The notes under the pieces are model-generated. The model ran no database searches. It had not been told where the DNA came from and saw only the letters and a list, made by a program, of their open reading frames with translations. From Takakia lepidozioides (taxonomy: Eukaryota; Plantae; Bryophyta): a DNA stretch of 64,000 nt. Shown here piece by piece: positions 49,176 through 62,099 of this stretch (positions within the stretch are counted from its first letter, which is position 1; every line of letters starts with the position of its first letter). The stretch lies in the NCBI GenBank assembly GCA_030704615.1, contig CM060734.1:3844001-3908000 (forward strand), in the 5' to 3' direction. The position numbers were made by a program, and so were the translations under genes.

Positions 49176-50510
49176 ATGCCATAGCTAGCAAAAAACAAAC
49201 AGCTATCTTTTTTGTAACATAAAATCCAGAGCCATGTTGTAGGTTAATCAGTCTTTGATTACCAAGCAACAGCAGAGGCTTCTCTTTAAAACAACCAGAC
49301 CTGGTTTAGGTCTGGGGTCATTATGTTACAACCTTGACAAGGTGTTTGCAAGGCAAAAAAGACTATTAATGAAGTTCAAAAAGGCCATAGTTCCCACATT
49401 TGTTCAAACCCTGGTGTTACACAGGTTTTGAATCAATAACATCTGAAAAAAAATTGTGTAGCCTGATATTTTTATCAAGCCAGAGCAGCTGAAATCATTT
49501 AATCTAACCCAACTAAAGCTTGGAGGGTTTTTAGAAGAGCTCGATTCTGGGTCCCCACCAACTCATGTTTCTTGTGTGTCTTGGCATCAATCATGCCAGA
49601 GCAGAAATAGTGAGTCATGTGTTCTTTTTCTTGTAACCCACAAGCCATAAACAAGCTGTATATAATCTGTAATTATAGGAATCATATCCAGAGCCTAGTT
49701 TAGGCCTGATGACATCAGGTTTCTTACCTTAGCAGATTGTATGCAAGGTACAAAAAACACATATGGAGTTCAGAAAGCCACATATGTTCCATAGTATGAG
49801 TACATAAAGGCATACAGGGCCTTAGAACAAAACAAATGCAATGCTATGTCATATCAAAACCAGCCATAGCTAGAAAGATCAAACAAACAACAGTCTTTTT
49901 TGTAATCATACAATCCAGAGCCATGCTGGTAAGTATGATGTTAATCATTCTTTGGTCATCAAGCAACAGAAGAGGATTTTCTTCAAACACCAGGACCTGG
50001 TTTAGGTCTGGGGTCATTATGTTACCACCTTAACAAGGTGTTTGCAAGGTAAAAAAGACATTTTAATGAAGTTCAAAAAGGCTATAGTGCCAGTACATGT
50101 TCAAACCCCAATGTTACACAGGTTTTGAAGTCATAACATCTGAAAAAAAGGTTGTGTTGCCAGATATCAGAGCAACTAATATCTTCAATCCAACCTACCA
50201 AGAGTCTATAAAGCCAGTACATGTTTTTCTAAAAAAACAAAAGCTTGCTTTTAGAAGAGTAATTATGGGTCCCCACCAGTCCATGTTTCTTGTGGAGCAG
50301 AAACAATGAGTCCTGTGTTCTTTTATTGTAACCCAAAAGCCACAAACACAACTGTATACAATCTGTAATTACAGAGTGACATGAAGAGGTAGCAGATTAC
50401 TTACCTTAGCAGATTGTATGCAAGGTAAAAAAGGAAAGGGGGTTCGGAAAGCCACAGAGGTTCCATAGATTGAGCACATAAAGGCATACAGGGCTTAGTA
50501 TAAACCAGAT
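49176..50510. repeat. Diverged tandem duplication, period ~685 bp
   Basis: Anchors GCCATAGCTAG, ACCTGGTTTAGGTCTGGGGTCATTATGTTAC and CTTACCTTAGCAGATTGTATGCAAGGTA each occur twice. Confidence 0.85.
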
Positions 50511-51459
50511 GCAAGCTCTGGCCTCTCCCCTACCGTGTTGCTTGAAAGTGTACATATCAGAGTAGCAAATCGTGCTCTAAGCATGAAAAAAGAGCATATA
50601 TTTGGTCTGGAAACCCTACTTCCAGTACCATATTTCAATGCAGCGGAAATCATAACCCAGAGTCCTTAATAGAATTCATGTGTTCTAAAAAGGCTCGCTA
50701 ATGCACTTGCTGCTTCAACACAGAGATAAAGGTTGTAAGCATATCCAGATTGGTCAAGGTAGGGAGGCAAAAATGAGACATCTCCCTGGATAATCAGCTG
50801 ATGTCGATGTCACTTCACTTGCAGGTTTGTCATCAGATTCAAGCTTCAAAAATCACATTAAGTGAGGACCCTCACCTGGTCCCATCACAAGCCCCCACAA
50901 GAACCAACAGGTTAGTGAGAATTGTGGAACCCCAGGTGAATCGGGTCTCACGCTTGTTATCACTGTACAACATGAGTTCTAAAACAAGAATCAATTCTAA
51001 ACACAAGCAAGGTTATCCACAACCTTAATCGATTGCAGAAGAGGACTCGACATCGCTCCAAGCACTTGACAATCAACAGCACAAACAAGCAATGGTTTGC
51101 TGAAATCTATGCGCATTTTAACAGGTGAAGAAACCCCCTGAGTTTTTATGAGTAGTGCTGAAACTTAATGATCCAGAGAGGATCTACAAGCAATCGGGCA
51201 GCCTAAGGTAGATTGCCCGCCAAGGGAATAGGCCACCATACTGAGGGAATTGAAGCACTGCCGCCGTTACGCATCCCAAGGGAGATGAGAAAGGACTGGA
51301 ATCTTGCCAGAGTACTTGTAAGCAGCATTGAAGCGTCTCCATAGCCATCAAAATCATAAAATTCATGCTAAGAGATCCCTCTGACACCATCACTTCATCT
51401 CCCGTAGAAAAAACGCACAGTATCGTGCAAGTTTTATGGCAGGAGAGGAAATATGGCAA

Positions 51460-52910
51460 ACCATTCCGATTTCATCCATGTGGGATGAAAAATAAGGAAT
51501 GAAAGGTGAATATTCCCCTGTTGTCATCGCCATGTCATCCAGCAGGGATGACATCCTTACCAGTCGATGTTTTTTAAATCTTTTTGCACTTTGTTTTTTT
51601 TTTGTTTTTTTTTAATTCATTCTAGTGGTCAGAGTCTCCGTTTTTCAAAATATAAATACTCATATATTATATATATAACCAGAAAAACATGTGTCGACAC
51701 GTGCAGTCATGTAGTGATTCATCCATGTGATGATCTGGCAGAATGCATTAGAGTGAGAGTCATGAAGTCATATGTCTATCTAGCAATATGTGCACGTCAT
51801 TCCACCTGCAGGAGTATGTGTACACCTTCTACATGATCCGGTCAATGCACACTACTCGTGTTAGATGGTTTACTGTAGCTGATGCCTTGTATCAGTTTAA
51901 GATACTCTTTGGCTCATATGCTTTCGTACCTCTCTACAAGTGGCTTTGCTCTATGTAGCACCACTAAATAAATATGCATATGTAATATGCTATGTGCTTA
52001 CATATGCTATGTGCTTATCATACCTTTGGAAAAACTGGCCTTAAAACCAGGATGGTGTATAGATGGGCAGCAGGTTGTTACCATCCTACCTTACACTTAT
52101 TTGTGATCCATGACAACATAATCTTGTTTCTTGACATGAGTGGATGAGGAAGTAGGCCTTTCCAGCCCCTTTGGCAAATCTGTCCAGGGGTTAGAAGCTA
52201 CTTTGAAGAGGGAGAATCCTTATGAAGGGGTCTGGTATGCACTCCCTTACGGGGTGAGTGCATACCACACTTACTCCATAAGGGACTGCCATACCAGGGG
52301 CTGGTTGGTGGGTGCCCCCTCTCTCCCTCTGTCTCCCTCTCTACTGGGAATTGGCAGTTTGCTATCAGTGTTGACTTCTTGTTTTCTCATCCTCTATCAG
52401 GCTTTTTCATCCATACCGGATGAGCCACCAGGATGGGCACTGAATTACCTCTAGGATGGTTCTTTTGGCTTTTTCATTCTTCCTTTATTGACTCTCATCC
52501 ATACCGGATGAGTCACCATGGAAGAAAAAAATTACGTCTATGGAGGTAGCCAACAACATCTTGTTTTTCCATCCGTACCGGTTGAAAAACTACCAGGATG
52601 ATAATTTTTCATTCCTCTTTTATTGACTCTTTTTATCCATACCGGATGGTCTGGTGAGGAATGATAAAATTACCTAGATGGAGGTAAGACGCTGCCACGG
52701 ATGATATTCCCTACTTTTTCATCCTGACACAAGTGATCTGTCTATGGATGATGTGATTATGGCCTGGAATTGATCTTTACTACCCTAATTATGATTAATT
52801 ACGGTGGAAACCCTAACCCCTACCCCAAAACCTATTCTTAACCTTGCTGCGGATGAAATCCGTCAGGGTATACGGATGCGTCCTACTGTTTTTCATCCAC
52901 GGATGAATAA
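51460..52910. repeat. Clusters of CATCC-N5-GGATG palindromes, probable subterminal repeats
   Basis: CATCCATACCGGATG near 52408, 52496 and 52635; CATCCATGTGGGATG near 51473; CATCCAGCAGGGATG near 51536. Confidence 0.6.
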
Positions 52911-53158
52911 TCGGGGGACAAAAAACCCTATGTCGTCTCTCCCGCTGTCAGAAGCACGCGATGTGCTTCTGAGCTCGCGAGGAGAGTGTTATGGCGGACG
53001 TGCTTCGGTGGCTGCCCCGTTCGTGGTGTCGTACCCATGTTGGACGAGCGCTTGGGGGGCGCGAAGGCGGCGCCTTGTCTCTCCTGCAGCGGGAAACACC
53101 GCTATGAATGCAGTGGCATCTTCCCTCCTCTCGTTTTTTTTGTGCTTAGCAAGGGTGT

Positions 53159-54017
53159 TGTTAACCGCTGCTTTATGACTTGGACGAAACAGGCTATCAA
53201 CACTACTGCCCATTTCCTAAGACATGCAACATAGGTTGTCTGACGGTATGCTTCCAGAAACGATTACGAAGTAATCGTTTTAAGGATAGCTAAACCATGA
53301 ATGTCGTATGAAGCCATATCCCTGCAGGCTGCTTAATCCTATTGATTAAGCCCAATCTACAGTCTCTTTAGCATAAAAGATCTTAGTCGAAAAGACTGAA
53401 GCCTCTCTGTTCATACAAGCAGTTGGTAGTCAAGATAAAACAAGAACTATTCTGAGATGATACACATTCTCACCATCTCACGTTCTCATAATGCACATTA
53501 TTTCCATCTCACATTCACTCTACACAGAGATACTTCGAATAACATGGCTTTACTTCAGAGTTCGTCACATCATCACAGAAGTACACATTGATCACTGATA
53601 CTCCTACTCATATTGCACCCACTCTAAGTTGTGTGCAGTCTTTTTATACTATGCTCGAAAGAGCCGTTACAGCCTGCGGTCGATAATGACCGTTTGCCTA
53701 ACTGCCTACGCAACATAAAAGGTTTGCTAAAAAGTGGCTCGTTGTAGTGGTCGTGAGCAATAGTGGTAAACGGTCCACTACTCCCTCTATTGGTTAAAGC
53801 CGATGCTAACGTGACCGTGTGATATCATGGTTCACGGCTCACGGTTTGCTACACTACCCACTATTGCTCTCGTGGTAATGTACCCTTGTCCCGCTATTGG
53901 CTAAGTACCACGTACTTAGCCGTCTCTGCCTGTGGCTCAGGTAGTGTACGTCCATCACTACCCAGTATGTCCCGTTGCGACCCTCATTGTCTGTCCCTCA
54001 TAGCATAGCCGTTATCA
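53159..54017 (-). repeat. 3' LTR of family 2 (859 bp)
   Basis: Minus strand TGATAACGGCT...CGGTTAACA. Confidence 0.9.
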
Positions 54018-54018
54018 T

Positions 54019-57000
54019 TTATCCCCCCCCCCTCTTTTGAAATTGTGTCCGCACAATTTCGTCAATTCTTGTACTTGCTGTATCTCTTGGGGATGTAAGG
54101 TGGTGGCATGCCTGTCTGCGAGGTAGGAAGTGCGTCCCAGGATTGTCGTGGTGGCAGCTTCTTGTTCCTGTTATCGTCACTGTCTGGTTGCTCCTCTGGT
54201 TCGTGAGTAGGCCAGCTTTCTTCATCTGGGTGTTCTGCTATCCCGTCCCCACGTACCATATCGATTTTGTTGGTCAAGGTTTCGCGGTAGGTTTGCAGCT
54301 CCTCCTTGGTCCAGGGTATAATGTGTTTTGTTGCCCTGCTGCCCATTAACCAGTTAACAGTTTAGACCCCTATTTCTCTGAAAGGGTGGTCTCTGTCCAA
54401 TACCAATGGTGAAAAGTGGTCCTTCGCCTGACGCCATGCTTCAGCATAAAGTGGCCTATTCATATATGTTGAAGTGCCTGTGACTCTCTCTGGTGGCTGG
54501 AATTTGGGTAATTCCCAGTGAGTATCTTTTTCAATACTCTCATAGCGCTGCCAGCTTCTCCTCATTGTCACAAACATGCGGTATAAGTAACTGCCAATAT
54601 AAAAACTTGGGCATCCCATCACAATGGTTACTGCCGGGGTAGGATTAATCTTCAATTGCCCCACTGCCCACATATAAGCTACCAGCTCATTGTATTCCAG
54701 AGGAGCTTGGCGCCAGAATTCAACCAATTTTGCCCCTGACCATGTCTCCTCCTTAGCCAGTGGTCTCATCCTATATCTCAGAGGAATAAGAGTTTGATTG
54801 AGAAGATGCAATTGACCCAATGATTTGCAGGGAGTTAAGGTTTTGAAAACCTTCTCCAGTATTTCTGGGATTTGGTGGGCTGGTACTACCATCATTTTAA
54901 AGTATTCCTCTAAATACTTTAACCACTCCCCATCCTGCTTGCATGGCATGATTTGGAAATCATCCACTGCTACTGAAGTTGATGCTACCAGGACACTTGG
55001 TAGTGTTACAGGGTTTACCTCTTGAGTAGATGGCCCTGTTGTGGCCTGTACCAGTGTCTGTTGGTTTGATGGTGGTTGTGTTGCTGGTGGTGTTTGTGTT
55101 GGTGTTGTTGTTGTTGATTGTATTGGTGTCTCTCGTTCGTGATCTTGCTCCTCTTGATCCTCTTCGTCCATGAGTTCCTCTTGTTCTGGAATTGGTGGCA
55201 GGAACTCCTCATGAATGTCTGTCACCAATTTCGCCAATTGGCACTTCATCTGCCTCACCATTGCCCTGTTGAGTTTCTTCATCTCCAATTCACTCCCTTC
55301 ATTCAACCAGGCTCTGACTAAGGCTGCGTCTGTTGCATCCAACCCTGCTTGCACTGTCAGCTTCTCCAGCTGCTGCTTCCATTCTTGTTCATTGCCCATG
55401 GCAATGTCTCTTTCTATGGTGGCGGTAAACAGCCTGCTCTCAGCATTCTCCCTTTGCTTCAGCAGTGTTGTTGTTGAGCCACTTGGTTCCTTGATCTCTG
55501 GCAGTCCTCAGCTACCCCTTAAGTGTCTCCACCTACTGCTTTAATGTTTGCACCTGCCTTGTGAGTGTTTCCACCTCTGTCTCTGTTTTCCGAGATCTCT
55601 CTCGCTCTGCATCGAGGTCGGCTTGGACATGGCGTGTTTCGTCTCTCTGTCTTTCCCACTTTTGCTCCCACTCATCTCTGCGTTGTGCCAATGTGTTGTA
55701 TTGGCGGAGTAAGGTTGACTTTTGATCTTATAATGCTGCAATTGTAACCTCATGGTTACATACTGTTCTTGCAGTGGCCAATTCCCTCTGGTGCTTCTCT
55801 TTGATGTGGTCTAAGATCATGTTCAGATTTTCCGGGCTGATGTAATCCTTGGCCCTGTCCATACAAACTGTCAGTGGCCCCAATGCTTGTATTGCCTGCA
55901 GAATGACATTTTGTGGTGCTTCCTCCAACCTTGTGTCCCATGCTGTTGTATCTAAAACTTGTTGTGCTAGTAGTAATTCCAAATTGCAATTTATGTCTTG
56001 CTGCTGCTGACTCGGTGCCTCTTGCACCATCTGCTGTTGCTGCTGATCGGGTGCCTGTTGCACTATCTGCTGTTGCTGCTGGTTGGGTGCCTGTTGCACC
56101 ATCTACTGTTGCTGCGCCACTATGTCTCCCTCCTCTGATTGTGTGGCCTCTGTGTGTGCTGCTTGCTATGCTTCGGTATTGCCATGGCTAATTTCCATGG
56201 GCGTTGCTTCGTTGGTCTGTGGTTTGTTCCCTCCTTCTGGCTGTTGATTTTCCCCTTCTCTCTGTATTGGGGAATCAGCCGTCAAGTTGATGATGTCCTC
56301 TGCTGCTGCACTTGTGGTTGCTTCGTTGATCCAGGCTCTCTTTGCAAGTCCGCCCTCTTCTTCTTCTTGATATGCTGCCGTCTCACTTCCTTCTTCCTCC
56401 ATTGTGTCTACTCGTTGCATGATTCCCAACGTCGCTTGCTCTTCGGCCGTTAGGTGTACAGTATGTCGAATCATCTGGAGTAATAATGGAGTTGCCATGG
56501 TAACAGTCGTTTCCTTCTTCTTCTTCGTCAACCTGGTCAGTTCTTGAGTTAACTTCTTCGATAAGAAGCTTGCCCAATTCACGATTTGCCCATTGAAGCA
56601 AATCAACACTTGGTTGATTAGCTCCTTGGTACAGTAGCTATGGTTTTGCCTGAGGCAAAGCAATGTGCTAAGTACTGGGGCTATCTTCCTGAAGCCATGG
56701 TTTTTGCTGTGGCTGCATGTGTAGCCTCGATCTGCTTGGTTGAGATTCTCAAACAAATCTGCAAGTACAAACCTTGGAGGTTTGCCAGTGTGCGGTGGTA
56801 CGTCCAGACTGGGAAGGTAAAATACTTCCGCCAAGTACTTCTCTGTCAGCAGGATGTGCGTGTCGTGGACATTTGTGCTCCGAGTGCTGGTGTTGTAATT
56901 CTCCAAGAACTCCCTGCATAGCTCGTCGTGCTTAAGGTTCCAGTCCAGCGTGGTGATGAAGTATCGCAGGCCAAGACTGTCCAACGTATCCCGTGTCTCT

Positions 57001-57089
57001 GTGTCCTACTCAATCTTTCGCAACGCTGGGCTGATTTTGAAATTGACTTGCGCATAAGAACTTGGTGCCTTCCGCTTGGTGCCTGCCAT
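54019..57089 (-). pseudogene. Extra sense ORF (~1000 codons, now broken) between pol and the 3' LTR
   Basis: ATG at 57089 (MAGTKRKAP..); pieces 56166-56984, 55728-56102, 54362-55399 and 54062-54346; homolog at 33211-35560. Confidence 0.8.
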
Positions 57090-57329
57090 TTCTCTTAGTC
57101 TCGCAGTTGCTGTAAGGAATTGGAGCACCAATTCCTGTATCACAAGAAGTATGAAGCACACTGGAAGTTGTGTATACAGTAATTTCCGATTTGCGGAAGA
57201 GAAGGTGAGGAGTTCGCTCCTGGGTTTAAGTAGGGGTTCCTCTCTGTAGGTTTCTCCTCTAACTTCTCTCGAGGTTCTCGTGGAGGTAATTCTGTCCTAC
57301 TGGTTGCCTAGGTTTAAAGCGTGGTTAGC

Positions 57330-60300
57330 TTTAATTGTTGGGCCCAGGCTTACCAAGAAGCATTTAGCCTCAGGTAACGGTTTTGAGAAAATTTCATCCC
57401 TTTTGTGCTTGATTTTCTTCCGTTGGTTTTTTCTTCGTGATTTGTTTTGTTTAAAACTGATGGTCATTGATGATTGTCCAGTTTCAGTCAGTTTATGTTC
57501 ATCCCTCTAAGCTGTGTTCATCCACTTTGGTATGTGGTCCGTTTTTAGATGGGCGGCGTTGGCGCAGTACATGCAGCTTGGTTTAATGGCTTTGCCCTTA
57601 TCATCCACCGTCTTTTGGCAATCCATTGGATTGCGCCGTTGTTCTGCCTCTGTGTTATAATCGAAGGGTAATGGTGTATGATTACCACTGTCGGTGGGGT
57701 GATCTGGAGCGTACATCTCGGAGTTTAACACAAGCAGTGACTCGTTGGCCATTTCGTATTCGTTCACTGTTCTGTAAGGCATTTGTGCTGGCCACGGTTC
57801 ACCATACGGTATACGGGGTGGTAATGTTGTCCTCCAGATAAATGGTGGTCTAACCGTCGTGGTGCCCTGAATTCGTGTTGCCACCTGTCTTAGTACATGC
57901 TGATTCACCGTGTCGTGATGAATGTAGTAGGCATTGGTGGTTTCGCGCTCCTCGTCTTCAGTTTGATCTTCCTCGTTGGCGTATAAATCATGTATAAGGG
58001 CTTTGTCATGTATTCCCTAGTAGCCTTTTAACTTGTTAATATTAATTCGTCCCACGAATTCTTGTTCCAAGGTTTGCAAATCAACAGTTCCATTGTCATG
58101 TACCCTTTTGATTTGAAATGGTCCCATCCATGGCATTTTCAATTTTCCGCCCAGTTTGATCTTCTTGATTTTTGGTAACCATAATACAATATCCTCGTCC
58201 TGGAAAGATTTCTCTTTCCCTTCGGATATTCTTTTCCTTCGTTGTTCCTGAATCCGTGCCATATTATCTGCGGCATCTGTTCGAACTTCTTCCAGATGGA
58301 ATAATTCATATTCCCTGACTCGTAATGATTCTTCTAAGCCCCATCGTTCATGAGTTCCGGTTCGTAGTGTGGGTATCATACATTCAATGGGTAATAGTGC
58401 CTCTGCTCCATACACCAGTTGAAATGGTGTATGCTTCGTGGTCACATTGTATGATGTCCTGAATGCCCATAGTGTTGTGTTCAATTTGGTGTCCCAATCT
58501 GTACGATTGGCATTTACTATCTTGGTTAAGATAGTGCATAATATTTTGTTGGTAGATTCGGCCTGACCGTTCCTTGAAGATAGTAAGCAATACTCTTGTG
58601 ATGTACAATCATGAACTCCTCCGTCAAGCATTTTATAGCATCATTTATGAAGTGTGATCCCTGATCACTGACAAATTCCAGTGGACAACCAAATCGTGTG
58701 ATGATGTTTTCATATAAGAATTTGGCTGTTGATCTGGCAGTGTTGTCTCCCTCTACCCATTTGGTAGTGTAGTTAGTGGCTGTGAGGATGTATTGGTTTT
58801 GTGTGTACCTTGCTGGAGTTTTAATGGGTCCCACGAAGTCTAGCCCCCAGCGCTCAAATGGTTCTGTTGGTAGTATTGGGTGTAGAGTCCCCTTCCCCGT
58901 TCGTTCTACTGGTCCCATCCTCTGGCAGACATCACACTGTTGACAGTGTTCATAAGTATCTCCAAATATAGTAGGCCACCAGTAGCCTGCTAGTAATATT
59001 TTCTTTGCTGTCAGGTCCAAACTGAAGTGTCCACCTGCAATTCCTTCGTGTAGTTCTTGCATTACTGTTTTGGCTTGGTCTTTGTTTACACATCTTCTCA
59101 TTATGGAGTCAATTCCTCTTTTGTACAAAATCCCTTTGATTAATGTGTATGGCTTGCTTTTCATTGAAAGCTTCCTCCTGTCATCTTTGGTGTAACCTTC
59201 AGGAAATTTCCCTGTGTTCAAATAGTATTTGATTGGCCATTGCCAATCATCTTGATCTTGATCTTGAATATCTTCTGCTTCTTCTTTGGTGACTGTATAA
59301 GCTCCAATACTGATATTGGCCAATTCTTGATTGTCTGTTTCTTCGTTTTCCTTGTCATCTTCTTCTTGTGGATCTGGCTCTTCTTCAATAATAAGTCCTT
59401 CATCAATAGGTTCATCTTCATCGGATGAATCTTCTTCTTCATCCGTGTCGTCCATGAGTTTGAGAGCATCTGGAAGGTCATAGTCTCCTTGAAACATTCC
59501 CAGAGCATTTATAGGATCTGTCTCTTCATCTGGTGCTTCTGGTTGAACAGTAAACATAAATGCATCGGGGAGTTGATCCTCTACCCCCGTGGCTGGTTCT
59601 CCTGTAGTAATTCTTGACAGATGATCTGCTGTAACATATAATCTTCCTGGTTTATGAACAACTTCAAAGTCATACTCATGAAGAAGTAATAACCATCGAG
59701 CAACCCTGCCACTAGCTAGTGGTCGATTTGCTAAATGAACTAGAGCCTGATGATCAACAATAAACTTAAAGCGATTGCCAAGTAAATAATGCCGAAATTT
59801 TTGAACAGCATAAATCATTGCCAATGCCTCCCTTTCTGTGGTGCTTTAATTCTTTTCTGCTGCTGTCAACAATCTGCTTGTATAATAGATTGGTGAATAT
59901 TGTGCCTGTCACATTTTGAGCTAGAACCACTCCCAAAGCAATGCCTGATGCATCACTGTGTACATGAAATGGTAAATCCCATCTTGGATTTATCAGAATT
60001 GGTGCTGCTGTGAGTGCCATTTTTAGTGAATCAAATGATTCCTGACAAGCTGGAGACCATCGATATTCGGCATCTTGCTTCAGCAGTCTATAGACTGGTG
60101 CTGCTCTGTGAGCATATTTGTCCATGTACCTTCTGTAATAGCTCGTCTGTCCCAAAAATCTCTTGAGTTTCTTGGGATTTTCTGGTGGTGGTATTTTCTA
60201 GATAATCTCCACTTTCATTGGATCTACCAGAATTCCCTGTTGGCACACAATGTGTCCCAATAATAATCCTGAATTCACACAGAATGTACATTTTTCCGGG

Positions 60301-61800
60301 TTGAGACTTACTCCATTGTTTCTGCAGGCTTGTAGGCAAAGTTTGAACTGTGCCAAATGTTTGGATTTCTGTCCAAAGACACTGAAATCATCCAAAAATA
60401 CCTGCATAAAATCATTGAGATAGTTCTTGAATATCTCAGATACTGCTCGTTGAAATGTGGCTGGTGCATTGCAAAGTCCAAATGGCATGACTTTGTAAGC
60501 ATATGCTCCCCATTCAGTGATGAATGCGGTCTTTTCTCGGTCTTCTTCTGCCATCTGTACCTGGTTGTACCCACTAAACCCGTCCATGAATGAGTACATC
60601 TCATGTCCAGCCACTGTGTCCAACACTATTTCAGTGAAAGGTAGTGGAAAAGGGTCTTTCTTGGTTCCTGCGTTTAACTTGCGGTAGTCCACACACACTC
60701 GTAGTTTTCCATTTTTCTTGGGTACTATCACAATGGGCGATAACCATTGTGGTGTCTCTACTGGGTATATGAATCCTGCATCCAATAACTTCTTGATTTC
60801 TTCCCAAACTTTAGCTGCATAGTTGGGGTTCATTCTGTAACGGTTCTGACGAATTGGTTTTGTGTCAACTTCCAATTCAATTCGGTGCTGACATATGTTA
60901 GAAGGTATACCCTTCAAATCTTTGTAGTTCCAGGCAAATACATCCTTGTATTCAGTGAATAATGCGGTGGCTTTTTGTAGAAATGATTCTTCAAGACCTG
61001 CACTTACTCGTATTATCTGTGGTTCTTCCACTGTTCCCAGATTCACTTGAATCAATTGAGTTTCTTCCGTTACTGTCCATCCTACAATCTCTTGTCCGAT
61101 GGTTGCAATTGTGGCAGGTACTTCACTGATTTGAATGTCTTTTTCCCTTTCTTGATAGAACCGGGCCTGGTGTTGAGGTGTGTCCATCGCTTCTTCCTCT
61201 GGATCTTCAGTTCTCGAAGTATTTGGTTCTCCTTGGGTGTTCACCATGTGACATCCTACTGTTGTGGTATGCTTGACCACCAGTTGTCCAATAGGTTCCA
61301 ACTATGGGTGTGTTGCGTATACTGTGGCTTCTTCTTAATCCGACAGTCCACTGGACCAATCATATTCTTCCACTATGCAAGGTCGTTTCTCTCGTGGAAT
61401 GGTACCTCGTTGCTTCGTCGTGATGGTGACTTGTTCTGCTCCTTTTTTTATTGTGAGAGTCTGACTTCCCCAATCGTGGTGTGATTGGGCTTGTGTTAAC
61501 CATGGTCGGCCAAGTAGTAGTAAATATCCCTCTGCCACATCCTCCATTCTGAGAATGGTTACTGATATTTCGTATACCAGTCCTGCTACTTCCATTGCAA
61601 GTTGTCTGATGATCCCCAATGGTTGTACTTTTTGTTGATTAACCATTCGTACCATGAATGGAGCAGGTTCCATGTGCCCCAATCCTAATGACTTCTTCAT
61701 CTTTTCTGTCATGATATTCACTCCGGATCCTCCATCGATGAGTACATTCATTACCATCTTCCGTCCAATACGTACTTGTATTACAGATGAGCTTCGTCGT
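57330..61800 (-). pseudogene. pol: pol: protease, RT, RNase H, acidic linker, integrase, long C-terminal extension
   Basis: VLIDGGSG; WLSPIVIVPKK..CVDYRKLN; PFGLCNAP; FLDDF; HSDASG; HEGIAGGH..CDVC; WGLDFVGP; SDQGSHF; NGQAE; GPF. Confidence 0.95.
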
Positions 61801-62099
61801 AATCTGGAGTTTGTCTTATAGTTGTGGGTTTAATCGTGTAAACCTCTGGTGTTGGTGTTTGTTTTTGTGTGGGGGTCAATGCCTCAATTGCCCGAAATAA
61901 AGTTTTCTTGAAATGTGGGGCAATTTTAAATAATTGTCCAATGGTAATTTGGGTCTTGGTCTGGCAGATTACTTCAGCCAATTCTGTTTCCGTGGTTGTA
62001 TTCATGGTCTTCACCGTTGATCTGATTTGCTTATCTGGAGTTGGCTCTCCAGAAGGTATATGGGTTCCCTCTTGCATTTGAGCTATGACATTACTTACT

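Noticed and set aside
58017-58019. Programmed stop-codon readthrough after integrase
   Set aside because: The homologous copy near 38468 has a sense codon, which favours a point mutation.
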